This document shows positions 1 to 10,061 of a stretch of 61,196 bases of DNA, piece after piece; positions within the stretch are counted from its first letter, which is position 1; every line of letters begins with the position of its first letter. The notes beneath the pieces were generated by a model, which did not search any database, was not told the origin of the DNA, and saw nothing but the letters and a program-made list of their open reading frames with translations. The position numbers were made by a program, and so were the translations under genes. The stretch is from Simkaniaceae bacterium (GTDB lineage: Bacteria; Chlamydiota; Chlamydiia; Chlamydiales; Simkaniaceae), in contig JBFWSA010000009.1 in NCBI GenBank assembly GCA_050248615.1, positions 1 to 61,196 on the forward strand, written 5' to 3'.

Positions 1-142
1 GTTTTTTCTCGGTGAGCCAGAGAGGAGATGAGTTCGATTTGTTCGCTCCGAAAATCGATCCCCCCTTTAGGCATATAAGTTTCTTGATCCCATTCGAGTA
101 AAAGAGAGAGGGAAGAGAGGAGACGGATCTCCCGCCCTTTTT

Positions 143-886
143 TTAAGAGGTTTTTGTAATCGTTGTGGACTTGGGACATCGTTCTTTTCTCTTGAAGCAT
201 TTTTCTAGGAGGTTAATACAGACTTTTGCAAAAGGGGTACCAAAAGCAAGACTTGTAGCTAGGATAGCGATCGAGGCACTTCCCATTAAGTTATCTGTGA
301 GCCAATGGGCTCCAACGATCAAGCGGGGAAGGCAGAAGAAAATGGCATAAAGGAGGGCAATAAATCCCATTTTTCGCCCCATTAAGTGGAAGACGAGGGA
401 GGTGAATAAGATGGCCGTTGTTGCATGATCTCCCGGGAAGCTTTTGCGGGAGTGATCTTTGACCTTCGTCCATTCGATCACGCTGGAGAGTCGAAAGGCT
501 TCTTTATCAACCATTGTGGGGCTTTTTCGTGGAATATGGATGAACTCAGGAAAGAGAATGCCGTTGACCAGACAGATAATAAGGGCGATAAAGACAATGG
601 AAAAAACGAGCTCTGCAACTTTCCGTTTTTTGAGGGCGCTATGCGCCCACTTGATGTTTAAAGCGAAGAAGAGGAGCATCACAAGATCGTGGATCCAGTC
701 CATCATCCGATGCCCTGCGAATGCCCAAAAATTTTGCCAAAAGGGACTTGTTTGCACCCAAGGGTTGAGAAACTCAAAGGTTTTCTGATCGAGAAGATCC
801 CATAACGGTCTTGTATGAAGGTTAATCCAAGTGAAGAAAAGAAGGAAAACGCAGAAAGGGGGGATGAGGAGCTTTTTATAATTCAT
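143..886 (-). CDS. PAP2-family membrane phosphatase (LpxE/LpxT-like)
   Basis: PAP2 motifs R-x-x-P (PRKSP), SFPGDH and PRLIVGAHW with multiple TM helices. Start set at ATG 886, which overlaps the upstream gene's stop (ATGA). Confidence 0.8.
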   Translation of the reverse strand: MNYKKLLIPPFCVFLLFFTWINLHTRPLWDLLDQKTFEFLNPWVQTSPFWQNFWAFAGHRMMDWIHDLVMLLFFALNIKWAHSALKKRKVAELVFSIVFIALIICLVNGILFPEFIHIPRKSPTMVDKEAFRLSSVIEWTKVKDHSRKSFPGDHATTAILFTSLVFHLMGRKMGFIALLYAIFFCLPRLIVGAHWLTDNLMGSASIAILATSLAFGTPFAKVCINLLEKCFKRKERCPKSTTITKTS

Positions 887-1980
887 GTTGACCTCAGGCA
901 GAAACGGAGAAAGCGGATTCCAAAAATGGCAAAAAAAGCGATCGGGAGGGAAAAGATGGCCCAAAAGGGATTAACCACCTGGGTTTCCCCTAAAATGACA
1001 CAAGCATCCATCACTGTGAAAAAAGTGATATAACCAAAAATAGTGAAAGAAAAAATGAGAAAGGTGGGGAGATTGCGCATCGATCGCACACAAAACGGGA
1101 TGACCCCAATGAGGACGAGTACAGGAAGGCAGGGCATCACGATTTTGAAATAAAGGTGGGTGTAAGCGCTGGAGCGATTGTCATAGAATAAAGGGGTTTT
1201 CTTAAGCATCATTTGGAGGAGCTCACTGATGGAACGGTTTTCCATAAGCTTCCCAAAATGGTTTTTTAAGTTAAAGTTGAGGGTGAGATTTTTAAAAAAA
1301 TAATGGTCGTAGGACTCTTTTTTTTCTAACGCCCCTTTTTCGTTCCGTTTGATGAGATCGACAAAAGCTCCTTGGGGAGATCCTTCATTTAATAAGAGGG
1401 TTTTCATATGGTAGATTTCATCAGGGGATAGGATCCAGAATACATCGAAAAACTCTTTTGCTTCTTCGTCATAATTTTGGTAAATCAACCGACTTCCATC
1501 TTCAAGAGGGAGCGCATGGACCGAAGTGTAAACAGTCTTTTTAGCTTTTTTGTTTTTGAGGTATTTTTTTTCGAAACGGTCAATATAGGTAAGGGATTGG
1601 GGGGAGATGACTTCAAAGTTAAAGTAGCTCACTCCCATGCATAGAAGTCCCACAAAGAAAAAAGGGCGAGTGAGAACATGCAAAGGGATCCCTGCTGTTT
1701 GTAAAGCTAAAAGTTCGTTGCGCCGGTTCAGAGAGGTGAGCACTTTTACACTCGATATCAGCAGAGAGAGGGGGAGAAGTAAATCACACCGTTTACTGAA
1801 AAGCATTCCATAGTAATAGAGAAGATCCGTTAGAGAAATGCGTTTGTTCTTTAAAATTTCCTGCATATGCATGGAGTAATCAATCAAGGCATAAAGGAAG
1901 AAAAAACAGAGTAAGAAGAGAAAAAAAACCTTTAAAATTTCTCTCAAGAAGTAGCGTTGCCAGAGATGAATAAAGGTCAT
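883..1980 (-). CDS. lptG: LPS export permease LptG (LptF/G family)
   Basis: YjgP/Q layout (3 TM, periplasmic domain, 3 TM), motif NELLALQTAG; tandem with its paralog. Confidence 0.8.
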   Translation of the reverse strand: MTFIHLWQRYFLREILKVFFLFLLCFFFLYALIDYSMHMQEILKNKRISLTDLLYYYGMLFSKRCDLLLPLSLLISSVKVLTSLNRRNELLALQTAGIPLHVLTRPFFFVGLLCMGVSYFNFEVISPQSLTYIDRFEKKYLKNKKAKKTVYTSVHALPLEDGSRLIYQNYDEEAKEFFDVFWILSPDEIYHMKTLLLNEGSPQGAFVDLIKRNEKGALEKKESYDHYFFKNLTLNFNLKNHFGKLMENRSISELLQMMLKKTPLFYDNRSSAYTHLYFKIVMPCLPVLVLIGVIPFCVRSMRNLPTFLIFSFTIFGYITFFTVMDACVILGETQVVNPFWAIFSLPIAFFAIFGIRFLRFCLRST

Positions 1981-3071
1981 TCAACCCCTCCCAAAATCCG
2001 TTTTTGAAAGTAGAAGGAGACAAAAAAGAGTAGAGGAATAGGGATGAAGTAAAAGAAAATCACCTTATGGGGAGAGAGGTGATAAGATTTTGCAGCAATT
2101 GAACAGATGAAGGTGAAGGCAGAAAGAAGGATAGCTAAATAGATCCCTTTCTTTTTACGTCCCCGTCCAATCTGCATTCCCATCGAGAACCCTAGGAGGG
2201 TAAAAGCAAAGGTGATGATGGGGAAGAAAAGGCGGCGATACAGCTCAAATTGGGCTCGTTTGAGGGTTTTGGGTTTTGCTGTCGGGTCGGAGAAAGTCGC
2301 GAGAATATTTTTTAAAGTGAGATGTTCAAACCCGAGCGTTTGAGTCGTTTTTTGCATGAGGGCGGAAAGGGCGCTTGCAGAAGTCGACATGGTCTCTTGA
2401 TTCTCAATCACTAGATGGTCATAGAGAGAAGGATCCTCTTGAGCAATATGGGAAATAAGGGTCACATTTTTCCCTGTCATCAGATTGTTTTGAATGACGA
2501 ACTTCTTGGCAGTCATCAGGCTGAGGCGGTCATTAGAGTGGTTTTTTACTGCAAAAATGACATCTTTTGCCTCTTTCCCGAGTTGGGTCATTTTCATATC
2601 GACATAAGAGTCTTGAAGTTTGAGTAACTTCGTCTTTTTCATGAGAAAGAGGGGGTTGATGATCGTCACATTTTGAATCAGGTCTCTAGAATAGAGGCGA
2701 CAGCGAGGGGTGATTTCTGCAGCAATGACAAAATTTGCAACCGAGAGAAGAAATGCAGCCATGAGGAGAGGGGTGCTGATCGATTTGACACTCAGCCCTG
2801 ACGAGCGAAAAGCTGTCAATTCGTGTGTGTAGCTTAAACGTTGCATAAGCAAGATTGCCGAAATGAGACCCGAAATGGGGATAGCGATGGGGAGGATATA
2901 GGGAATTTGGCATAGGGTGAAAAGGAGGATAATCGCGAGCTTGGATGTGAGGGCGGTGAGCCTAGCAATTTCTTGCACGCGGGTCACGAGCAAAATAGAG
3001 ATAAACCCTGTCACACACAAAAAAAAGACTTGGAAGTAATTTTTCAGTAAATAACGCCAAATAATCGGCAT
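1977..3071 (-). CDS. lptF: LPS export permease LptF (LptF/G family)
   Basis: Motif HELTAFRSSG and same topology; first gene of the pair. Confidence 0.8.
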   Translation of the reverse strand: MPIIWRYLLKNYFQVFFLCVTGFISILLVTRVQEIARLTALTSKLAIILLFTLCQIPYILPIAIPISGLISAILLMQRLSYTHELTAFRSSGLSVKSISTPLLMAAFLLSVANFVIAAEITPRCRLYSRDLIQNVTIINPLFLMKKTKLLKLQDSYVDMKMTQLGKEAKDVIFAVKNHSNDRLSLMTAKKFVIQNNLMTGKNVTLISHIAQEDPSLYDHLVIENQETMSTSASALSALMQKTTQTLGFEHLTLKNILATFSDPTAKPKTLKRAQFELYRRLFFPIITFAFTLLGFSMGMQIGRGRKKKGIYLAILLSAFTFICSIAAKSYHLSPHKVIFFYFIPIPLLFFVSFYFQKRILGGVE

Positions 3072-3130
3072 AGTTGTCCTTCATACAAAAAACGAGATTA
3101 GTGTACCCTAGTTCCTTTTTTGAGTATAAC

Positions 3131-4327
3131 ATGAAAGAGCGTCTCGTTAAGGATTTTCTCTCCCTGCATTTGCAGAAGGGAGCTAAACTTTTATTAGGAC
3201 TGTCAGGGGGGCCTGATTCCATGGCCCTGTTGCATTTCCTTCTAGCTTCTCTCCCGCAGCTTGATTTTTCCTTGCATCTAGCTCACGTCGATCATGGATG
3301 GCGTGAGGAGAGCTCTCAAGAAGCGCGAGCGCTTCAAGCTCTCGCGGCAAAGCTCAAACTGCCTTTTCATTTACATACGCTCAATGCAAAACAAGGTCCC
3401 GATTTGGAAAACCGCTGCCGTCTGATGCGCCTTGCATTTTTTAAAGAGCTCCACGAAAAATACCAATTTCAAGCCCTTTTACTCGCCCATCATGGAGGGG
3501 ATCAAGCTGAAACGGTCTTGAAAAGGGTTTTTGAAGGGGGAGGGCTAAAAGCCATGGGGGGCTTACACTCTATTGCATTTTGGGAAGGACTGACGATCTG
3601 GCGCCCCTTACTTGCTCTTCAGAAGAGAGACCTTGTCGCCTATCTCGATCGAAAACATATTCCCTACTTCATAGATCCAACAGATCACGATTTGCGCTCA
3701 AAGATGCGCAAGGAAATCGTTCCTGATTTAGAGCGGCAGTTTGGAAAAAATATTCAGAGGAATTGCATCCGATTGGGCGCTTTATGCCAGGAACTCTCTA
3801 CCTATTTTGAGGAAAAGTCCTGCGCTATCGAAAAGAAATTAATCAGGGGACCTTTTGGAGACTGTTTACCGCTGGAGTTTCACCCCCTGGAGATAAAATA
3901 TTTTATCAAGCGTTATGCTGAGGGAGCCCACCTTTCTAGGGATGCATTAGATCTTCTGATCCGTCTCATAAAGGGGAAGAGAAGTGGGAGTGAAGTGCAT
4001 GCCTCTCCTCTAACTTTTTCTATCAGCCGAAGTCATCTTTTTATTTTAAAAGCCCCTTTCCCCGACTTTTTTAGTGAAAAGAGAAATTGGATTCGGATTG
4101 GAAGGGGGAATTGGGAAAACTTTTGGCAGGGTGAAATTGCCATACCTGAGGGAACTGTTCAAATAGAGAGTTTTGCAAGCTTAGAGCCTCGACTCAAAAA
4201 GAAAATGAGGGAAAAGTATGCAGCTCGAGATGTTCCCCCATTTTTTTATGAAAAAGCGCCGATCTTTATGAAAGAGGGAAGAATTGTGGGGGAGTGTTTA
4301 ACGGGAGAGAGTCTAAGTATTTCATAA
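3131..4327 (+). CDS. tilS: tRNA(Ile)-lysidine synthetase
   Basis: PP-loop SGGPDS, HVDHGWR, AHHGGDQAET and RPLL motifs; lies upstream of ftsH. ATG 3131 chosen as start. Confidence 0.93.
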   Translation: MKERLVKDFLSLHLQKGAKLLLGLSGGPDSMALLHFLLASLPQLDFSLHLAHVDHGWREESSQEARALQALAAKLKLPFHLHTLNAKQGPDLENRCRLMRLAFFKELHEKYQFQALLLAHHGGDQAETVLKRVFEGGGLKAMGGLHSIAFWEGLTIWRPLLALQKRDLVAYLDRKHIPYFIDPTDHDLRSKMRKEIVPDLERQFGKNIQRNCIRLGALCQELSTYFEEKSCAIEKKLIRGPFGDCLPLEFHPLEIKYFIKRYAEGAHLSRDALDLLIRLIKGKRSGSEVHASPLTFSISRSHLFILKAPFPDFFSEKRNWIRIGRGNWENFWQGEIAIPEGTVQIESFASLEPRLKKKMREKYAARDVPPFFYEKAPIFMKEGRIVGECLTGESLSIS

Positions 4328-4449
4328 TGAGAAAGTTGTCAAAGACTATCCATAAAAAGAGAAATGATATAACATTGCTTAATTACTAGGATCTTCATCT
4401 CTAGGAATTTAGACAAGTATTTAACTTTTTGTGTTGCTAAGGAAAGTCC

Positions 4450-7275
4450 ATGTCAGTAATAGAAAGAAATAACGGACCCAAACGTCCCAAAAAGGACCTA
4501 GGGTTTCTAAAAAATACATTAAAAAAGCGAATGGATCAGCCTAATAAGCCACAAGAGCCCCGGAAGCGATTTCCTGGTGGGTTCCTCCTATTTCTTTTGG
4601 CCGCCATCTTAATCATTTTGACAGTCCAAAACCTGTCGAGTGATAAAGGGGGAAAGGTAGCGTTTAGCCACCAAGTGGAGCACTTGGTCAACCTCGACTT
4701 TATCCAAAAAGATGAGAGTCGTAAGACGGCTCAAAACGATAATTTAGTGACCTTTACAGGAAAATTTAAAGAGCGTCTTTCCGATGATGCCCGAGCCCGT
4801 TACCGTTACCTAGAGCTCTTAAATCAAAACCATGTCCTGACTGAGAGTAAAGAGGAACTGGCTAATAACCTAGGGGTCTTGCAGGAAAATGTGAAGCAAA
4901 GCGCTGAGCGTTTTCTCCTTCTGAGTGGGACACCGATTCCGAAAGGGGGCTACAATGTCGTGAGCCCTTTTTATGATACGCAAGAGCGTCAAAATGCTGT
5001 GGTGATTTACTCTTTACCCGAAAAACAAGAGATGAGTTTAACCGACTTGCAGGGGCTTTACCAAAAAGTGGTGGAGAATCCCAGTAGCGCTTCTGTGCGT
5101 CATTTTGGAGAGCATCTAGAAAGACTCATTCAAAGCTATAAATCTCCTTCTCTAGGGATTGGGAATGAAGGGATGAAGCAAGAGCTACGCTCTGCAGAGA
5201 GTAAAGTGAGAGAGACCTTAAAAGGATCTTTGACCCCTCAAGAAGCTCTCGCTCAATATCAGTCGGGTCTTGTTACCCTAAACCAAATCACTCAAGAACT
5301 CGGTCAAGAGCAAAATCATGTTCGCCTCCAAGGATTGCGGAGTGTACGTAACTATCTTTTCGATCTGAATCAATATAGTGAAACGTTTGTTGCTCTCGAT
5401 GAAAATGAAGCTCAACTCAATAAGGCACGTCAAAGCGTTGCCGATGTGACCTGGTTCTTTAGTAACCGTGAACTTTCTACGAAAGCGTTAGAAAAGCAAA
5501 GTCCTGAAGAGTATAGCCTTTGGTTTGCGCAAGCTAAAAAAGAGTGGGATGCTTTTGGTGCGAATAAAGGGACTGTTTTTAAAGCCCCTGATCAACCTCG
5601 CAATCTTGTTTTAGAAAAAACCTTTAAAAGCCAAGAACCTTCACCTAACTATTTAAGTTATATCTTCTTGACGATCTTTCCTGTTGTCATTGTGATTCTC
5701 CTTCTTTACTTCATCTTTTCTAGACAGATGAAAGGAATGGGATCCGGAGCCATGAACTTTGGGAAATCTCCAGCGAAAATGCTGAATAAAAGCCTCCACA
5801 AAGTGACCTTTAAAGATGTAGCAGGAGTCGAAGAAGCGAAAGAAGAGCTTCATGAAATCGTCGACTTTTTGAAAGATCCCTCTAAATTTACAGCGCTAGG
5901 TGCCCGTATTCCGAAAGGAGTCTTATTAATTGGACCTCCCGGAACGGGAAAGACCTTAATTGCTAAGGCTGTTGCAGGAGAAGCTGACCGCCCCTTCTTT
6001 TCGATCTCGGGTTCCGATTTCGTAGAGATGTTTGTCGGAGTGGGGGCAAGCCGTATCCGTGATCTTTTTGACCAAGCGAAGAAGAACGCTCCCTGTATTG
6101 TCTTTATTGATGAAATCGATGCTGTGGGTCGCCACCGTGGAGCGGGTATTGGAGGGGGACATGATGAGCGGGAACAAACCCTGAACCAATTACTTGTAGA
6201 AATGGATGGTTTTGATACCAATGAAGGGGTCATTTTAATGGCTGCAACCAACCGTCCCGATGTTTTAGATAAAGCTCTTCTCCGTCCAGGGCGTTTTGAT
6301 CGAAATGTAATTTTGGACCTTCCCGATATTAAAGGAAGGTTAGAAATTCTTAAGGTGCATGCTCGTAAAATTAAGCTAGATCAATCTGTGGATTTGATGG
6401 ATGTTGCGCGGGCAACTCCAGGGTCTTCTGGAGCGGATTTGATGAATATTCTCAACGAAGCGGCCCTTCTTGCTGCCCGCAAAGGACGGAGTGCTGTTAC
6501 GAATCAAGATACTTTAGAAGCCTGCGATAAAGTGCGTTATGGGAAAGAGCGTAAAAGCTTAGAGCTCGATCAGAAAGAGAAGGTGCACACTGCTTATCAT
6601 GAATCGGGGCATGCGATTGTGGGACTGACCGTTGAACACGGAGATCCTGTTGAAAAGGTGACAATTATTCCGAGAGGATTTTCTTTAGGAGCGACCCATT
6701 TTGTTCCCGAAAAAAATAAGCTTAGTTACTGGAGAAAAGAACTTATTGATCGTCTTGCAGTCCTCATGGGGGGACGTGTAGCTGAAGATATCTTTGTGGG
6801 CGATATTTCTAGTGGCGCTCAAATGGATATTTCGCAAGCAACCAAGCTCGCACGGAGCATGGTGTGCCAGTGGGGGATGACAGAGTCTCTTGGTCCTGTA
6901 GCTTATGATGAGCGCTTAGATGATGGGCCCTATATGATGCCTGGACAGAGTTCTAAATCGTATTCCGATGAAACAGCGAAGCAGATCGATGCGGAGGTAC
7001 GTAAACTTCTCGATCAAGCCAATGCTTATGCTGTGAAAATTATCAATGAAAAGAAAGATAAGATGCAGCTCATGACAGACATGCTCATCGAGTTTGAAGT
7101 GCTCGATAAAGAGGATGTCCATGCTATCATGGATGGCAAATGGGATGCTGAAAAAAAGCGGGAAAAGCTCAAAGCCATGAGCGAAGCAAACCGCAAAGTT
7201 CCACCTCCACCTCCGAAGCGGGAAGAGCCTGCGAAAGGGGGAGATGGTATCCATCCTTCTCCGCAGCAGATCTGA
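4450..7275 (+). CDS. ftsH: ATP-dependent zinc metalloprotease FtsH with large chlamydial periplasmic domain
   Basis: Walker [27 protein letters not shown], zinc motif HESGH; two TM helices flank a long insert. Confidence 0.97.
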   Translation: MSVIERNNGPKRPKKDLGFLKNTLKKRMDQPNKPQEPRKRFPGGFLLFLLAAILIILTVQNLSSDKGGKVAFSHQVEHLVNLDFIQKDESRKTAQNDNLVTFTGKFKERLSDDARARYRYLELLNQNHVLTESKEELANNLGVLQENVKQSAERFLLLSGTPIPKGGYNVVSPFYDTQERQNAVVIYSLPEKQEMSLTDLQGLYQKVVENPSSASVRHFGEHLERLIQSYKSPSLGIGNEGMKQELRSAESKVRETLKGSLTPQEALAQYQSGLVTLNQITQELGQEQNHVRLQGLRSVRNYLFDLNQYSETFVALDENEAQLNKARQSVADVTWFFSNRELSTKALEKQSPEEYSLWFAQAKKEWDAFGANKGTVFKAPDQPRNLVLEKTFKSQEPSPNYLSYIFLTIFPVVIVILLLYFIFSRQMKGMGSGAMNFGKSPAKMLNKSLHKVTFKDVAGVEEAKEELHEIVDFLKDPSKFTALGARIPKGVLLIGPPGTGKTLIAKAVAGEADRPFFSISGSDFVEMFVGVGASRIRDLFDQAKKNAPCIVFIDEIDAVGRHRGAGIGGGHDEREQTLNQLLVEMDGFDTNEGVILMAATNRPDVLDKALLRPGRFDRNVILDLPDIKGRLEILKVHARKIKLDQSVDLMDVARATPGSSGADLMNILNEAALLAARKGRSAVTNQDTLEACDKVRYGKERKSLELDQKEKVHTAYHESGHAIVGLTVEHGDPVEKVTIIPRGFSLGATHFVPEKNKLSYWRKELIDRLAVLMGGRVAEDIFVGDISSGAQMDISQATKLARSMVCQWGMTESLGPVAYDERLDDGPYMMPGQSSKSYSDETAKQIDAEVRKLLDQANAYAVKIINEKKDKMQLMTDMLIEFEVLDKEDVHAIMDGKWDAEKKREKLKAMSEANRKVPPPPPKREEPAKGGDGIHPSPQQI

Positions 7276-7300
7276 TTTCGTAGTCTGAACTATAACCAAC

Positions 7301-7464
7301 TATACTGAAATAGTTTCAAAAATTGGATTTTCGGCTGCGTCAAAGCACCGCAATTCGTTGGTCATAAATGACCCCATATTGTTAATATTGGCTTATTTAT
7401 GATCGGCAAATTTCGAAAGCTTTCGCGCTAGCCAAAAACCAATTTTTGAAATTGTTTGAGTATA
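7301..7464. repeat. Palindromic MITE-like element, family A (~164 bp)
   Basis: Left end TATACTGAAATAGTTTCAAAAATTGG matches the reverse complement of the right end, TATACTCAAACAATTTCAAAAATTGG; non-coding, TA termini. Confidence 0.75.
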
Positions 7465-7552
7465 TTCAAGCAAGAACAGCTAAAGGGTTCTTGCTGAAGG
7501 TATTATTTATTATTTTTGTTGTAACTGTGAAGCATACGTTAAAGGAAACATC

Positions 7553-7676
7553 TTACACCGCATAGGTAAGTAGAATTAACGCATCTACAGCGCTTTGTCC
7601 CTTCGCCAAGGTGAATCCACCTTGGCTCGGCGCTCAGCTTGTATCTACGTCAATTCTACTTGCCTATGCAGTGAAA
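7553..7676. repeat. Palindromic MITE-like element, family B (~124 bp)
   Basis: Terminal IR TTACACCGCATAGGTAAGTAGAATT versus TTTCACTGCATAGGCAAGTAGAATT (reverse complement); central perfect hairpin GCCAAGGTG-AATC-CACCTTGGC. Confidence 0.75.
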
Positions 7677-7742
7677 TAAATAGCACTTTGGGGTATAAAG
7701 AACTCAAATTCCAGATTAATACCATTTGTAAAAAATAATTAC

Positions 7743-8777
7743 TTATTCCCAAGTAAGAGCTCTTTTTAACATATACTGCATGATAGATCCCGCTTCATAC
7801 AGCGTTTTGTTTTGCCAAGATCTATTATTTACAAGACTTTGAATTGCTTGGTTTTGTTCTTTTATTGATAGGGTATGAGGTATGTAATACCCAAGCTTTT
7901 TATGAAGCATCGCTATATCTTTTTGCTGTTGTTTTTTAGATTGAACTTCAGCTTCTTTAGCAAGTTTAAGGGAATGGCTATAGTCAGGTTTTCTTTGATT
8001 CGGGTCAAAATATTTCAGCGTAATATAGTGCGTACCTGCTGTTTCAAAAGACCGGTAAAGATTAGCAACTCCCTGAATGATCTTTTCTGCGCCACTTACA
8101 TACCTCCCATGAACTTCGCTCATTATAACCCAAGCTTTTTTAGAACACTGAAGACTTGCTTGGATCTGATTAACAAGGCTGCTACTTCTAACCAAAAACT
8201 CTTGATGCGAAATATCTTCATGTTCATTATTGAATTCCTTAAGTCTTGCCAAACATCCTCTTATCTTATTTTTTAGATAGTTAATTTGATAAGACTCAAA
8301 ACGGTTCAGATAGCTTTGATCATCACTATCTTCTATCAAAGTCTCTTGACCCGAATTGGTTTCATAAAAAAATTGATTTTTCTTGATTAATTCACTGGCA
8401 AGACTATCGATTAAAAGAGTTGCGGTTTGAATTGTGATTGTCCATTTTTGAAATAAGTTTTTTAATTTTAAGCTAGGCTTATAATCCCAAAGCTGAGCTT
8501 TAGCTTTGATTAAGGGACTTGAGTAATGTGGCACTTGATAACCTTCAATGATTAAACAATGTTTTTCTTTAAAATAGTGGAGAAGTGCGTCCTCATTTTG
8601 ATAATCGACACTGCTATCCTCCCTATCTCTTAAGAAAATTACTACTTGAGCTTTTTGAACACGACTTGCTATTGAATCTCCCTCAATATTAGTCGTTATA
8701 AGACGATAAGAGTTATCAATAGAATAGGTATTAACAAAGCTAGATGAGATATTGCTAGGTTTCTTAATTATTGCCAT
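7743..8777 (-). CDS. Hypothetical protein (AT-rich, islet cargo)
   Basis: 344-aa ORF with GGAGG RBS upstream; no recognised family. Confidence 0.7.
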   Translation of the reverse strand: MAIIKKPSNISSSFVNTYSIDNSYRLITTNIEGDSIASRVQKAQVVIFLRDREDSSVDYQNEDALLHYFKEKHCLIIEGYQVPHYSSPLIKAKAQLWDYKPSLKLKNLFQKWTITIQTATLLIDSLASELIKKNQFFYETNSGQETLIEDSDDQSYLNRFESYQINYLKNKIRGCLARLKEFNNEHEDISHQEFLVRSSSLVNQIQASLQCSKKAWVIMSEVHGRYVSGAEKIIQGVANLYRSFETAGTHYITLKYFDPNQRKPDYSHSLKLAKEAEVQSKKQQQKDIAMLHKKLGYYIPHTLSIKEQNQAIQSLVNNRSWQNKTLYEAGSIMQYMLKRALTWE

Positions 8778-9166
8778 TTTTTATCCTCCAAATTTTTTGC
8801 ATCAAGCTATAATAAGATCTTAAGTTTTAGTAACATTAACCTGAGTTCTTTAATTGCGCGCAAGAGTATTCATTCTCTATCCATGTAAAACAGAATTTTT
8901 TTTGACTCTTATATATGAAGAAGTTCCAGGGTTCTCTTCAGAGTCTTTTTTAGATGAGACTTATGTTGCTCTCCGCCCTATTATACTCTCCGAAATGGAA
9001 GAGACCAGATACTGTTTCGAACGGCTTCAAAGAACCAACATAGGTTTCGTCTTGGTCCTTTCCTTCGGTTTATCCTCATAAATGTCTAAAAATTCTGTTT
9101 AATTTCTTATTCTCAAGCCCTGCGCCGAAATCTAAATGGAGGCGCCTGAGCGGGGTTTATTTTTCC

Positions 9167-9710
9167 TTAAACAGCTTTTTGTTCGCCATACACAAATTCT
9201 GTTCCCTCTAACATCATACGGTGCATAATCACAGCTAATTGTCTTCCTACTGCTAAAGCCGCTTTCTTGATCCCCTTTTGACGCATAATCTTTAACTCCC
9301 AGGCCTTTAGCTTACTCCATTTTTTGCTTCTCATAAGCAACACAATTCCCGCTTCAACCAAAAGAGACCTAAGTTCTGTTGAGCCATATTTTGAAATGCG
9401 ACCTTGTCGTTGCGCTTCTCCTGAGGCATATTGAGTAGGTGTCATTCCCAAATAAGTTCCCACTGATTTTAAATCTTGAAAGATCGAAAATCTCATTCTT
9501 AAAAGTTAGGGCTGTAACAGGTTCTACACTTAGAATTTTCATAAGTCATTGTACCTCTTATATCTTCATAAGCTGTTTTTCTAACTTTTTGGGTGTCCTT
9601 CTCAACTTCTTCAACAATTTTTTCAAAAATATTCAACAGTGGTAAAATTGCGCTTTTACAAATGTCTGACAACCTTTCTAATGGTTTTTTACCTCTCTGG
9701 AATAGGATTT
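9167..9710 (-). pseudogene. IS110-family transposase remnant (5'-truncated, frameshifted)
   Basis: C-terminal IS110 motifs YLGMTPTQYASG, GRISKYGSTELRSLL and AVGRQLAVIMHRM; a degenerate SVEPVTALTF (GVGPVTA) lies upstream in another frame; no N-terminal DEDD domain. Confidence 0.85.
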
Positions 9711-9711
9711 A

Positions 9712-9830
9712 TCTAAATCATATTCCGATGAAACAGCGAAGCAAACCGCAAAGTTCCATCTCCACCTTCGAAGCGGGAAGAGCCTGCTAAAGGGGGAGAT
9801 GGTATCCATCCTTTTCCGTAGCAGATCTAA
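9712..9830 (+). repeat. Degenerate duplicate of the ftsH 3' end with an internal deletion
   Basis: Matches 6952-6983 joined to 7180-7275 through a shared AGCGAAGCA; ends exactly at the stop codon (TAA instead of TGA). Confidence 0.92.
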
Positions 9831-10061
9831 ATGCAATTAATCATGTAGCGATTTTATTGCTTATTTGTTAATATCTTCCCTTTTTTGAAGTATCTAGTCA
9901 ATTCAGCTTAAAATTTTAAGGATTGATCTGAATTTTTGTGATGGCTAGCTGCGTGCTCGAGTTCGTTGACTTAATAAAGTCAACTTTTCTCTTGCGCACA
10001 TTGCTATCCATACAAATCTTTCATTCAATCCTTAAAGTTTAAAACTGAATCGACTATATTA

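Noticed and set aside
887..964. N-terminal extension of the PAP2 ORF to 964
   Set aside because: It overlaps lptG; ATG 886 gives a standard ATGA coupling.
3660..3720. TilS DPTDHDLRSKMR is shorter than the usual DxxN...Y.R motif
   Set aside because: The frame is intact and the other catalytic motifs are present; cannot be distinguished from ordinary lineage variation without an alignment.
8854..9790. Plus-strand ORFs 8854-9081, 9439-9645 and 9593-9790
   Set aside because: They are antisense to the IS110 remnant or its non-coding end, or read out of frame through the ftsH duplicate.
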